Program-made: the position numbers and the translations under genes | Notes under the pieces: model-generated | What the model saw: only the letters and a program-made list of their open reading frames with translations | The model's database searches: none | Told to the model about the DNA's origin: nothing | NCBI GenBank assembly: GCA_965249575.1 | Contig: OZ252244.1 | Coordinates: 672,001 to 736,000, forward strand | Source: Gemmatimonadales bacterium | Lineage (GTDB): Bacteria > Gemmatimonadota > Gemmatimonadetes > Gemmatimonadales > GWC2-71-9 | Direction: 5' to 3' | Length of the DNA: 64,000 bases | Shown here: positions 19,582 to 30,216 of the stretch, in pieces | Position numbering within the stretch: position 1 is the first letter of the stretch | Layout: each line of letters opens with the position of its first letter

Positions 19582-20742
19582 TCAGTGGGCCGCGCCTTTT
19601 ACCGCCCCGAGCCGCTCGACTGCTTCCGCCAACACTCCCTCCGTTTTACAGAACGCGAAACGTATGAGACGCCGTCCCCGCTCGGGGTCGCTCATGAAAC
19701 TCGAGCCCGGTACAGGGGCCACGCCGATTTCGGCTGTGAGCCATTCGGCAAACGCTGTGTCACGCTCGGCGCTCAGCGCGGAGAAATCCGCCAGAATGTA
19801 GTAAGCTCCCTCCGGTGGGGTGCAGGAGAAGCCCGCCCCGACGAGCCCCCGGTGCAGCAAGTCTCGGCGCCGCCGATACCCCTGGGCCAGCTCTTCGAAA
19901 TAAGACGAACCGAGGCTCTCTAGAGCGGTCGCCACGGCGTCTTGGAGTGGGGCCGGCGCTCCGACCGTCAGAAAATCGTGGACCTTCCGAATCGCCCCTG
20001 TTATTCCCTCCGGCGCCACGATCGTACCGATCCGCCACCCAGTGATGCTGAACGTTTTCGACGCACCGCTGATCGTGATGGTTCGGTCGCGCATCCCGGG
20101 TAGCGTGGCCATCGGAATGTGCTCGCCTTCATAGTAGATGTGCTCGTAGATCTCGTCCGTCACTGCGAAAGCGTCATAGCGTTGGCAGAGCTCGGCAATC
20201 CCTTCGAGCTCGGTGCGCGAGAGGACCCGTCCGGTGGGGTTATTCGGCGTATTGACGATGATCGCACGGGTACGCGGCGAGAACGCAGCACGGAGTCGGT
20301 CGAGATCCAACGGACCGCTCGGCGACAGGGGGACGAACACCGGCTTGGCATCGCACAGAATGGCGTCCGGCCCGTAGTTCTCGTAGAACGGCTCGAAAAC
20401 CACGACCTCCTCGCCAGGATCGACCGTGGCGAGCAGTGTTGACGCCATCGCCTCTGTCGCGCCGCACGTGATCGTGATCTCCCGATCGGCGTCGACCTCC
20501 AGGCCGTACCAGTCGGCGTAGCGCGCCGCCAACGCTGAGCGAAGCCGTGCCGCACCCCACGTTATCGAATATTGATTGATATCGGCGCGGATCGCCTTGG
20601 CGGCCGCCTCTTTGAGGAGGTCGGGAGCCGCGAAGTCCGGAAACCCCTGAGCGAGGTTGATGGCCTCGTGCTCGGCGGCGAGGCGGGTCATGCCCCGGAT
20701 CACCGACTCCACGAAACCATGTGTGCGTTGGGCTGATCTCAT
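19582..20742 (-). CDS. PLP-dependent aminotransferase class I/II
   Basis: NLAQGFPD, PNNPTG, DEIY and SKTFSITGWRIG motifs. Confidence 0.95.
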   Translation of the reverse strand: MRSAQRTHGFVESVIRGMTRLAAEHEAINLAQGFPDFAAPDLLKEAAAKAIRADINQYSITWGAARLRSALAARYADWYGLEVDADREITITCGATEAMASTLLATVDPGEEVVVFEPFYENYGPDAILCDAKPVFVPLSPSGPLDLDRLRAAFSPRTRAIIVNTPNNPTGRVLSRTELEGIAELCQRYDAFAVTDEIYEHIYYEGEHIPMATLPGMRDRTITISGASKTFSITGWRIGTIVAPEGITGAIRKVHDFLTVGAPAPLQDAVATALESLGSSYFEELAQGYRRRRDLLHRGLVGAGFSCTPPEGAYYILADFSALSAERDTAFAEWLTAEIGVAPVPGSSFMSDPERGRRLIRFAFCKTEGVLAEAVERLGAVKGAAH

Positions 20743-20795
20743 AAATGAGTGGCTCGATGCAAGGGATTCGAACGAGTCGCGCCTGGGTCCATTAA

Positions 20796-23201
20796 TCAGG
20801 ACGGTACTGAAACGGTGACCGTCGTGCCTTCGCCGAATGCGCTCCGGACCTCTATCTGTCCGCCCCAGGAGTTCACGAGTCGTCGGCAGATCGCCAATCC
20901 AAGACCGGTTCCACTGGTCGTTGTCGAGAACCGCGGCTCAAAGATGTGAGGGAGATCCTCCGCTCGGACACCCCGGCCATCGTCGGCGACGGAGACCCGG
21001 GCGCCCCCGCCTGCGTCGCGCAGGACGCCGATGGTCACCGTCCGCGCCCCTGCGGTCCGGGCGTTTTCGATCAGGTTGACCAGCACTTCTTTGAATTCGT
21101 CCTTCCGGACCCTGGCCTCGACGGAAGCCTCCGCCTCGACCCGAACCTGCGCGCCGCCACCCAACGAATACAGGGTGATGGTTTCTTCAGCCAGCACCGC
21201 GAGGTTCAGCACGTCGAGCGGGCCCGCGTCGATGGAGGGGGCGCCAAAGCGGCCGAAGGCACGCGCGATAGCGTTCAATCGTTCGATCTCGGCGAGGATC
21301 TGGCGGGTGGTCCGGTCGAGTGTCGCCCGAAAATCGCCCGTAGCGTCTGCTGGATGGCGATATCCCGCTCGCGACGGGCATCGGTACGGAGCCGACCCGC
21401 GGCGAGCACGGCGAAACCCAGTGTCGGAACGACGAAGAACACCGCCAACGCTGCCGCGAGCCGCGTCCGGTAGGATCGAGTGCCCAAGACCGACCCCAGT
21501 CGCCCCTTAAGCTGCACCCCTCCTCGCACCTGCTCGGCCCCGACCACCAGGAACGCCACGAATACGAGGTTCGCGAGAATCATCAGCGCTCCTCGTACGA
21601 GCAGGGGAGCCCATCCACCCAGGGAGACCGTGACATGCAGGTGGCGGGTACCGCCGGGCAGGTCGAGATGGCGCTCCCCTCTCGCTTCCCAACCCTCGCG
21701 CACCCACTCGATTCGGCTCGGACCCGCATGGCCGAGAACGGGCTCCGAAAGCCCCACAGTGTACGGAACGGCAGACGCGTCGTCGCCCCGGAGGAATCGG
21801 CTCAGGCGAAGCGGCGGGTAGAGCCGTGAGCGGGGCCCGACTCCGACCGTCACAACAAACCCGCGCGCCACCGGCTGAGCCAAGACTGGGTGCACGCCGG
21901 AGACCCTAGTGAGTTCCTCAACGGTGGGTGCGCCCCGCGCGGCGGCACTCGCCGCGAGTGAGCGCAAAAGCGGCGCAGGTAGGTCCAATTCGGCAAGGTC
22001 CAAGCGAACAACCAGGCCGCCGTCGGGTCCCCAAGTGGCGAGAACCGCCGGGTAACCTTCACGGCTGAGCATGGTGCCCTGCCACCGGGCGTAGAGGTCT
22101 GACTGGGTCATGGGGGCTCCTCCGCCACGAGTCCCGACCCGAGTCGCGAGAGCAGCCCAACCGCAATGGGGTCCCGACCGTCGCCGAGACGGTCCGCGTC
22201 GGCTCCCGCCTGGTCGATTCTGCGCTCGAGGACTGTGCTCCACGTGAGCGCCGCCGCCAGTGTGCCGGCGACGACAGCTGACGTAACAACTGCCTGGGTT
22301 CGGGCGGTCGGTAGAACAGCGAGGGCCAGCGCCGGAACCCAGACCAGCGAATACCAGATAGGCCACGGATTGCCCGGTTCCCACAGCGAGAGCGAGAGCG
22401 CGCCAAGGGCTAGAGACCACAACGCGGCGACAATCCCTGGGGCGCGTCGTGAGACCCCGACGCCGCTGGCACGCACCAGCGCCCCGGCGAAAAGGATGGA
22501 CGACGCGCAGGCCGCGGCCAGGCTCGTTTGCCAACCGAGCCACAGGAAAGCGCTCGCTCCCGTTACGGGCGGAGTAATGCCCTGTGCGAGGGCTCGAAGC
22601 GCGAGCGGCGTGAGCGTGACCAGCGAGCCGGCAAGCGACCAGGCCAGCGTGCGTGAAATGCGCGGTCGGTGCCACCACAACGCGGCCGCCGCCGTCGCCA
22701 GAGCGCCGGCGGTGATCAGGGCGCCGCTCGACGCCGAAACCGGCCCGAGGGTGGGGGAATAAAACGTCGCCGAGGAGAACAGGGTATCCAAGCCCACGCG
22801 GGTCCCGGCCGGAGTGAGCGAAACATGGGAGCCGGTTCCAAACTCGCCTCCGCCCCGCGGTCCGCCAGTTCTCTCGCCATGGATACCGCGTCACTCAGCG
22901 TAGCGTCGAGGCGTTGGCTCGCGCGTTGGATGAGCTCCTCGTGGACGCGCTCCCAATCGTCCTCCACCGCTCTCACCTCCCGCGACGCCTGGAACGCGAT
23001 ACCAGATCCCGTCAAGCCGACCAGCGCCGTTCCTAGCAGTGGCAGACGCCTCAACCGCCAAGCGGCAGCGGCGCCCAGCGCCCCGACGAGGAGGGCAGCG
23101 ACCGCCCAACTCGTCGAGGGTGTGACCAGCCAAGCCCCGAGCGCCGTGGCCTGCGCTCCCACGCCAAGTGCTGGATGAACGAACCGGGAGCGCATCAACA
23201 A
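20796..23201 (-). pseudogene. Membrane sensor histidine kinase (NtrY-like), frameshifted and internally deleted
   Basis: HATPase boxes NLIENA, DDGRG, FEPRFST and GTGLGL are present. Frame breaks at about 22800, 22110 and 21340; the H-box is absent. Confidence 0.75.
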
Positions 23202-23906
23202 CCTCTATTACTCAAGTATCTGAGTCCCGATCGGGCGCGCGCTATCCTCGAGCGTGACCCTCGCTTGATCGTTCCCGTTGGGACGACGGAGCAACACGGC
23301 CCGCACCTGCCGTTCGGATGCGACACGATCATCGTCGAGCATCTCGCGAACCACCTCTCTGCCGAATTTGGAGTGCTCCGCGCCCCTACTGTCGAATACG
23401 GCGTGAACTCGACGACCGGCGTTCGATACCCCGGAAACGCGAGCCTGCGCGCCAAAACGTTACACAGGTTCCTCAACGATCTCGTCGGAACGTGGGAGCT
23501 CGGAGGGGTACAACAGTTCGTCATCCTGACAGCCCACGGCCACGACCCACACCAGGAGGCCTTGAGCACGCTGAGTACTCGCCGAGCGACGGTGCGAACG
23601 GTAGACATATTCGCCGTTCCCCTGAGCGTAGACGGCCCCTCGCTCATCCATGGTGGGGAGATCGATACGTCGCTACTCCTGTACATTGACAAGTCCCTGG
23701 TCGACCTCGATCAGGCCCGAGACTTCGGGGTGTCGCGTCGCCGGTTTCGATTCGGGTCAGCCATTCCATCCGATAGTCCGGGATCCATAGGATTCCCGAC
23801 CTGTAGCTCGGCTGAGAAAGGTGAACAAATCTACAACCTCATCTACCACCGCATTGCTGAACGAGTGTTCGGCTACCATCCCAATGTCGGCACGCCGCAA
23901 GCCTAG
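23175..23906 (+). CDS. Creatininase family amidohydrolase
   Basis: PVGTTEQHGPHLP.G.D and HGGEIDTS motifs. Confidence 0.9.
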   Translation: MNEPGAHQQPLLLKYLSPDRARAILERDPRLIVPVGTTEQHGPHLPFGCDTIIVEHLANHLSAEFGVLRAPTVEYGVNSTTGVRYPGNASLRAKTLHRFLNDLVGTWELGGVQQFVILTAHGHDPHQEALSTLSTRRATVRTVDIFAVPLSVDGPSLIHGGEIDTSLLLYIDKSLVDLDQARDFGVSRRRFRFGSAIPSDSPGSIGFPTCSSAEKGEQIYNLIYHRIAERVFGYHPNVGTPQA

Positions 23907-24603
23907 CCCGCCGGCCCGCAGGGACGCGGGTGTGGTACTACTCGCCGCGCTCACCGTCGGCGCCCCGCCCACCACCGCCCGGGCCCAGACCCGGATCGTC
24001 GACCAGGGACAGTTCGGTATTCTACACCGGGGCCGCGTGATAGGCCGCGAGGATTTCGTGATCCGCGCTGGGAGGACGTCAACGGGGCGGGAAGGCTTCA
24101 CGATCACTTCGACCGCATCGTATCCTGCCGACGGCCCAAAGATTACCCTGTCGCCGAGAGTCGAGTTGGGAGTGGACTCACTTCCCCTGCTCATCCAGAT
24201 CGACGTATATGGCGATGGACCGCAACGGGTAATCGCCCAATTCGGCCGGCGGCGGGTGACGGTTCGGAGCGTGACGCCGAGAGGCGAGTCGGCGAAGGAG
24301 TACCCCGCGACTGGGCGCCAACTCGTCGCCGACGACTCCGTGTTCGCTTTGTACGCGATCCTCCCACTGGGCGGCAAGTCGCCGGTCAGCGTGATAGCGC
24401 CACGAGTGGGCACGCGCTCTTTGCTCGTGCTCGAGGACCTGGGCCTCGAGCGCACCGCCATCGGCCCCGAGTTCGCCGAGTTGCGACACGTCGCGTTGCG
24501 AGCGGCCGGCGCCGACCGGCACCTCTGGTATGACGCGGACGGGCGCCTCATGAAGGTCGAAATCGTGAGTACCGGCCTCGTCGCCGTCCGGGATCCTCGT
24601 TAG
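23884..24603 (+). CDS. Hypothetical secreted protein
   Basis: Signal peptide ending ARA-Q; beta-rich; C-terminal LWYDADGRLMKV. Confidence 0.7.
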   Translation: MSARRKPSPPARRDAGVVLLAALTVGAPPTTARAQTRIVDQGQFGILHRGRVIGREDFVIRAGRTSTGREGFTITSTASYPADGPKITLSPRVELGVDSLPLLIQIDVYGDGPQRVIAQFGRRRVTVRSVTPRGESAKEYPATGRQLVADDSVFALYAILPLGGKSPVSVIAPRVGTRSLLVLEDLGLERTAIGPEFAELRHVALRAAGADRHLWYDADGRLMKVEIVSTGLVAVRDPR

Positions 24604-24864
24604 AGCACGCGTAACTGGGCCCCCGTCCAGCGGGATAGTCATCATTGATCGGTGCGCGGTTCGGTCTAACTTTGTGGGCGACATCCTGAAACCGGGGCGC
24701 ACGACCCGCCGTAGCGCAGGTAGCCCCTCCAAGGAGTCACGGGCGCAAAGCCGCGTGCCCGGGCGAGTCGAATCCGGTCGAGGGCCGGAGGCTCCGGAAG
24801 GTACCCGACCGCCGGTTCACGAGGCGGGTGAACGCCCCCAACGGCACGAGATCCCGAGGTTCCC

Positions 24865-26376
24865 GTGATGGCCCGTACGATCCCCGTAGTGGCGATTGCC
24901 CTCGCCGGGCTCCCGGTCAGGGTGGCCGCCCAAGACGCGGCGCTACCGTCGGTGCCGCAAACCATTTCACTCGAGGAGGCGGTCGAGATCGCCCAGCGGT
25001 ACAACCCGTTGTTCCGACAGGTCGCAAACGACCGTCCGGCTGCCGCCTGGGGCGTCAGAAACGCCTACGCCGCGTTCCTACCCTCGCTCACCGCTAGTGG
25101 TGGGTTGAGTTATGAAGGGTCCGGGTCGCAGACGTTCTTGTCTCAAGAGTTCACCCAACCGTCCAGCACGGTGGGCTCATCGTACGCGCTATCGCTTTCA
25201 TGGCAGTTCTCGGGCGTCACGCTCATGCAGCCGGGACTCACCAAAGCCCGTTTGCGCGCCACCGATGCGACCGTGAGCGGTGCCCGTACGAACCTCAGGT
25301 CGGCGGTGCTGCAGCGCTATCTCGCCGTCCTTCAGGCGGACGCGCAGGTGGCCCTTGCCGAGTCCCAGCTCAGCCGGAACGAGGAGTTCCTGCGGCTGGC
25401 CCAAGCCCGGTTGGACGTGGGGCAGGCGACGGTGCTCGACGTGCGGCAGGCGGAGGTCGCCGAGGGCCAGGCCGAGGTGGCGCTATTGCGGGCACGCCAT
25501 CGGGTCAACGTGGACAAGCTGCGTTTGTTTCAGGAGATCGGGGTTCCGGCCCCAGCCGACCCGGCGGTGGTGGAGCTGTCGGACTCTTTTCCGGTCGTTC
25601 TGCCGGCGTGGGAGCTCACCGACCTCCTCGCCGATGCGGAGCGCCACAACCCGGACGTCAACGCTCTCCGGGCACAGGAATCCGCCGCTCGATGGGGTGA
25701 GCGCGCGGCGCGGTCCAACTGGTTTCCCACTCTGACACTGACGGCCGGCTGGTCGGGATTCACGCGGCAGTTCCGGAACACCGATTTTCTCGTCTCGCGG
25801 AGCCGACTCGACGCCGACGCGAACGCTGCCGCGTGCGATGTGCAGAACACACTCAACGCCGATGCGAACGCACGGCTCGGCACCACGCTCCCGATTTTCA
25901 ACTGCAATCTCTTTCAGTTCGGTCCGGGCGACGAAGCAAGTATCCGCAGTCAGAATTCGGTCTTCCCGTTTGACTTCACGAAGCAGCCCTTTTCGGCTCG
26001 CATGACCATTTCTCTTCCAATATTCCAACAGCTCTCGCGCCCCCTTCAGGTTTCGGAGGCTGCCGCCCAGACGGATGACGCGCGGGAGGCACTCCGGGCT
26101 CGAGAGCTGGCCGTGAGAACCGACGTGAGCGAAGCGTACTTCGGGCTACAAACGGCCTACGAAACCGTCGCGATCCAGGACCGCAATCGCACCGCCGCCA
26201 GCGAGCAGTTGCGGCTGGCCACGGAGCGGTACCGAGTCGGGTCGGGCACGTTCTTCGAGCTACTCGACGCGCAACTCGCCGCCGATCGGGCGGAATCGGA
26301 CCATGTCGCAGCCGTGTACGATTATCACCGGGCCATCGCCGCCCTCGAAACCGCGGTCGGCCGGCCGCTACGATAG
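24865..26376 (+). CDS. TolC family outer-membrane efflux protein
   Basis: Signal peptide, two OEP repeats, ERYRVGSGTFFELLDAQ. Confidence 0.93.
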   Translation: MMARTIPVVAIALAGLPVRVAAQDAALPSVPQTISLEEAVEIAQRYNPLFRQVANDRPAAAWGVRNAYAAFLPSLTASGGLSYEGSGSQTFLSQEFTQPSSTVGSSYALSLSWQFSGVTLMQPGLTKARLRATDATVSGARTNLRSAVLQRYLAVLQADAQVALAESQLSRNEEFLRLAQARLDVGQATVLDVRQAEVAEGQAEVALLRARHRVNVDKLRLFQEIGVPAPADPAVVELSDSFPVVLPAWELTDLLADAERHNPDVNALRAQESAARWGERAARSNWFPTLTLTAGWSGFTRQFRNTDFLVSRSRLDADANAAACDVQNTLNADANARLGTTLPIFNCNLFQFGPGDEASIRSQNSVFPFDFTKQPFSARMTISLPIFQQLSRPLQVSEAAAQTDDAREALRARELAVRTDVSEAYFGLQTAYETVAIQDRNRTAASEQLRLATERYRVGSGTFFELLDAQLAADRAESDHVAAVYDYHRAIAALETAVGRPLR

Positions 26377-26388
26377 GAGCACGCATCG

Positions 26389-27648
26389 ATGACGGGTCGC
26401 CGCAAGATCCTCGCATTGGTCGGCATTGTCGTTGCCGTCGGGGGCCTCGTCGCGTTCAGTATTTTCTTCCGCCGAGACAAGGGAGTTGAAGTTCGACTAG
26501 AGCCGATCCATCGGCGGGACCTCGTCGCCACGGTCAGCGCCAGCGGGAAGATCGTACCCCAGCGGACGGTGGACATCAGCGCCGACATCACGGGCCGCAT
26601 CACCCGGATCGCGGTGCGCGAGGGGGAGTTCGTCAGACGCGGCGATCTCCTCCTGCGGATCGATCCATCGCAATACCAGTCGGCGGTTGCTCGCGGGCGC
26701 GCCGCGACCTCGTCAGCCGAGGCGTCGGCGGTGCAAGCGGCAGCGAACCGGGATCAGGCGAAGCGCGCGCTCGATCGCGCGCTCAAGCTCCGGGAGCGCG
26801 ACGCGCAACTCGTCTCCTTGGAGCAGCTCGAACAGGCGCAAACGGCCTATGACGTAGCGAAGGCACTGACCACTTCCGCGGACCACCAGGTCGAGCAGGC
26901 GCGCGCCGCCCTGCGGGAAGCCCAGGATCAGCTGGCCAAGACGGTGCTACGCGCGCCGATGGACGGCCAGGTGACTCGGGTTGCGGTCGAAGAGGGAGAG
27001 GTCGCCGTACCGGGCACGTTCTCGAGGGAAACGGGTCTCCTCATGACCGTGAGCGACCTGTCAATCATCCTCGCCAAAGTGGAGGTGGACGAGACGGACG
27101 TCGTCCGCCTGAGCATGGGAGACTCGGCCAGAATCGACATCGACGCGTTTCCGGGAGGGGGCTTCACGGGCCGGGTCACGAAGATCGCGCGGAGTGCCAT
27201 TCGCCAGCCCACGACCGGAGTGCAGGGCGATCAGTCGGTTGATTACGACGTGGAGGTGACGCTCGACGATCCGCCGGCAGACATCCGGCCCGATCTGTCC
27301 ACCACTGCCAGGATCGTCACCGCAATTCGCGATTCCGTCCTCAGCGTGCCGATCATCGCACTGACCGTGCGGGATCATCTTCCCTTCTCGACCGAAACCG
27401 CGCCACGGGACACCGTCGAGGCCCGTTTGGAAACCGAGGGGGTCTTTATCGTCGAGCAGGGCCGGGCGCATTTTCGTCCCACCACCGTCGGCATTGCGGG
27501 TGAGGAGCACTTCGAGGTGCTCGAAGGCCTTCGAGAGGGCGACATCATCGTAGCGGGACCCTATCAGGCCGTCCGCGATCTCAAGGACAGCGCTCGAGTG
27601 CGCGCCTTGAAGCCGGACTCCGAGAACGGCCGCGCGAGCGGCAGTTAG
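26389..27648 (+). CDS. MacA-like periplasmic adaptor (membrane fusion protein)
   Basis: N-terminal TM, VREGEFVRRGDLL, coiled coil, APMDG, VDETD. Confidence 0.93.
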   Translation: MTGRRKILALVGIVVAVGGLVAFSIFFRRDKGVEVRLEPIHRRDLVATVSASGKIVPQRTVDISADITGRITRIAVREGEFVRRGDLLLRIDPSQYQSAVARGRAATSSAEASAVQAAANRDQAKRALDRALKLRERDAQLVSLEQLEQAQTAYDVAKALTTSADHQVEQARAALREAQDQLAKTVLRAPMDGQVTRVAVEEGEVAVPGTFSRETGLLMTVSDLSIILAKVEVDETDVVRLSMGDSARIDIDAFPGGGFTGRVTKIARSAIRQPTTGVQGDQSVDYDVEVTLDDPPADIRPDLSTTARIVTAIRDSVLSVPIIALTVRDHLPFSTETAPRDTVEARLETEGVFIVEQGRAHFRPTTVGIAGEEHFEVLEGLREGDIIVAGPYQAVRDLKDSARVRALKPDSENGRASGS

Positions 27649-27650
27649 TC

Positions 27651-28892
27651 TTGTCCCTGGTCGAGGCGGTACGCATCGCTCTCGGCTCCCTGTGGTCGAG
27701 TAAGCTCAAGAGCGGCTTCGCGCTCGTCGGTGTGTTCGTCGGCGTCACCTTCCTCATCGCCGTCGTCTCGATCGTGGAGGGGATGAACACGTATATGACC
27801 GACCGTTTCGCCGGGACGTTGCTCGGCGTCAACACTTTCCAGCTACGGCAGCGACCCGATTTCAACCTCGGCAACACCCCAGTCGAGACGAGGCGCATGT
27901 GGCGCCGGCGGCCCCGCATCACCCACGCCGACGCTCGTGCCGTCGAACGCGGGATCGAGACTTCGGTGCTCACCGCGTGGCGGTCGAGCACCCATCTAGC
28001 GTTCGATTATGGCGGTCGCTCCGCCAAAGACATCGAGGTTATCGCGGCCACCGCGTCGTACTTCGACGTCAAGGGACTGAAGCTCGACCGAGGGCGCGCC
28101 TTCTCGCCACAGGAAGTCCGGGCGGGCCTCCCAGTGCTGGTAGTGGGTTGGGAAATCGCGGATCGGTTGTTCGAGGGTCGCGATCCGCTGGGCCGTTACA
28201 TCAGGATGCGGGGCGTGCCCTATCGGATCATCGGGGTCGTGGAGCGCCAAGGAAACCTCTTCGGCATCTCGTTGGACAAGTTCGGGATCGCACCCGCCAC
28301 CTCCCCAGTCAAGCAGTTCATCAACCCCCATGGAGTGATCGACGGTCTGATCGTCAAGGCACACTCCGTCGAGGATATGCGCCTGGCGATGGACGAGGCC
28401 GAAGCGGTCATGCGGGGCCGGCGCCGGCTGCGGCCTACCGAGGAGAACGACTTCACGCTCGAGACCGCCGATGCCGTGCTCGAATTCTGGAGCAGGATCA
28501 ACCGCGTGTTGCTCGCGGCGCTCCCAGGCCTGGTCAGTGTTTCGTTGGTCGTGAGCGGCATCGTGATCATGAATATCATGTTGATCGCCGTCGCCGAGCG
28601 GACGAGGGAGATCGGCATTCGGAAGTCTCTTGGCGCGCGCCGCCGGGATGTGCTGAGGCAGTTTCTCGTCGAATCGGTCGCCCTGACGACGTTGGGTGCC
28701 GGGCTCGGCGTGGTGGCCGGCATCGCGCTCGCCGCCGTGGTAGAGGCCACGACACCGTTGCCAACGACCGTGGCGCCTTGGTCCGTGCTGGTCGGGGTCG
28801 CCCTCGGTAGCTGCGTAGGCATCGCGGCCGGCGTGTATCCGGCGATGCGAGCTGCACAGCTGGACCCGATAGCCGCCCTCCACCACGAGTAG
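27651..28892 (+). CDS. ABC transporter permease (MacB/FtsX type) 1
   Basis: IMNIML.AV.ERTREIGIRKSLGA and YPA.RAA.LDPI motifs. Confidence 0.95.
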   Translation: MSLVEAVRIALGSLWSSKLKSGFALVGVFVGVTFLIAVVSIVEGMNTYMTDRFAGTLLGVNTFQLRQRPDFNLGNTPVETRRMWRRRPRITHADARAVERGIETSVLTAWRSSTHLAFDYGGRSAKDIEVIAATASYFDVKGLKLDRGRAFSPQEVRAGLPVLVVGWEIADRLFEGRDPLGRYIRMRGVPYRIIGVVERQGNLFGISLDKFGIAPATSPVKQFINPHGVIDGLIVKAHSVEDMRLAMDEAEAVMRGRRRLRPTEENDFTLETADAVLEFWSRINRVLLAALPGLVSVSLVVSGIVIMNIMLIAVAERTREIGIRKSLGARRRDVLRQFLVESVALTTLGAGLGVVAGIALAAVVEATTPLPTTVAPWSVLVGVALGSCVGIAAGVYPAMRAAQLDPIAALHHE

Positions 28893-28894
28893 CC

Positions 28895-30132
28895 GTGGTC
28901 ACCCCGTTTGCCGAAGGTGTCGGTATCGCATTGAACGCGCTGCGAGCCAACAAGGTTCGAGCAGCGCTCACTATCCTCGGTATAGCGGTCGGCGTCGCAG
29001 CTGTGATGATCATCGCCGCAATGATCACTGGAATCAACCGGCAGGTAACCGACATGCTCGAGCAGGCCGGCCCTCGCACCTTCTTCGTGTTCCGGTACTT
29101 CCGCGGCGGTCTCCAGATCTCCGACGGATCCGAGGAGATGAGTCCATGGCGACGGATGCCCCCGCTGACGACCAGCGAAGCCCGGCAGATTGCCTCCCTC
29201 CCGGGCGTCCGTTTCGTGGCCTACGGCGAGCACGCGGACGCGGCGGTGGAGGTCGGAACGGAGCGGCTGTCGTCAGTGCGGGTCGGCGGATTCAATCACG
29301 CGTGGCCACAGGCGTCGGGAGGCGACGTGTTTTCCGGCCGGTCGTTCACCGCGCTCGAAGACGCGGCGGGGGCTCGCGTTGCCGTGGCGCATACGGCATT
29401 GGCCGAACGGCTGTTCGGCACTCGGAACGCCGTTGGGCACCGCCTCAAGATCGCGGGTCTGCCGTACGAGATCGGCGGCGTCTATGCACCTCCTGCGGAG
29501 CTCTTCGGTGAAGATGACGCGCTGGCCGTGACCATACCATACGCCGCCTTCGCGAAGCACGTGCCACATACCCGGGGGTGGCTTGAGTTCCGTGTGGCGC
29601 CCGCCGCGAGCAGGACGGTTCAGGAGGCCATCGACGAGGTGACCGGCGCACTTCGCTCGCTCCGCGGGCTCAGACCGGCCGACGAGAACACGTTCGCGGT
29701 CGTAACGCAGGACAAGCTGCTGGAGACCTTCCATCGCGTAACGGGAGCCTTCTTCGTCGTGATGATTGCACTTTCGAGCGTGGCCCTGCTGGTGGGCGGA
29801 GTCGGGGTCGTCGCGATCATGATGATCCCGTCACCGAGCGCACCCGTGAGATCGGTGTGCGCAAGGCACTTGGGGCGACGCGGCGAGAGATCCTCTGGCA
29901 GTTCCTCGTCGAGGCGGCGACCCTCACGCTGGTGGGTGCCGCGACCGGGCTGGTCGTCGGAGGGTTGATCGCTCTCGTGGTCGAGCACACCACGCCCATT
30001 CCAGCGACCGTTCCGCTATGGTCCGTCGGCACCGCCCTGGGCGCCGCCGCCCTCACCGGCGTCGGGTTCGGGCTGTACCCCGCCGCACGCGCGGCCCGGC
30101 TCGACCCGATTGACGCCCTCCGACACGAATAG
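28895..30132 (+). CDS. ABC transporter permease (MacB/FtsX type) 2, single-base frameshift
   Basis: One base is missing at about 29827 (ATCCCGTC where ATC TCC GTC is expected); restoring it gives MMISVTERTREIG and joins the 29857-30132 ORF. Confidence 0.88.
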
Positions 30133-30216
30133 CCCGAGCGCATAGACGCCACATTCGGCCCTCCCCCGGACCCCCACGACTGTTCCTCCCCCCCCTTTGG
30201 CGTCTACCTTTCGGCC

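Noticed and set aside
24715..24810. GGGCGCAAAGCC (24741-24752), reminiscent of the c-di-GMP-I/GEMM riboswitch, in the tolC leader
   Set aside because: No GGCAAA/GNRA-capped P2 and no matching 3' P3/P1 strand; the motif instead folds locally with GTGCCC. Only an Rfam hit would revive it.
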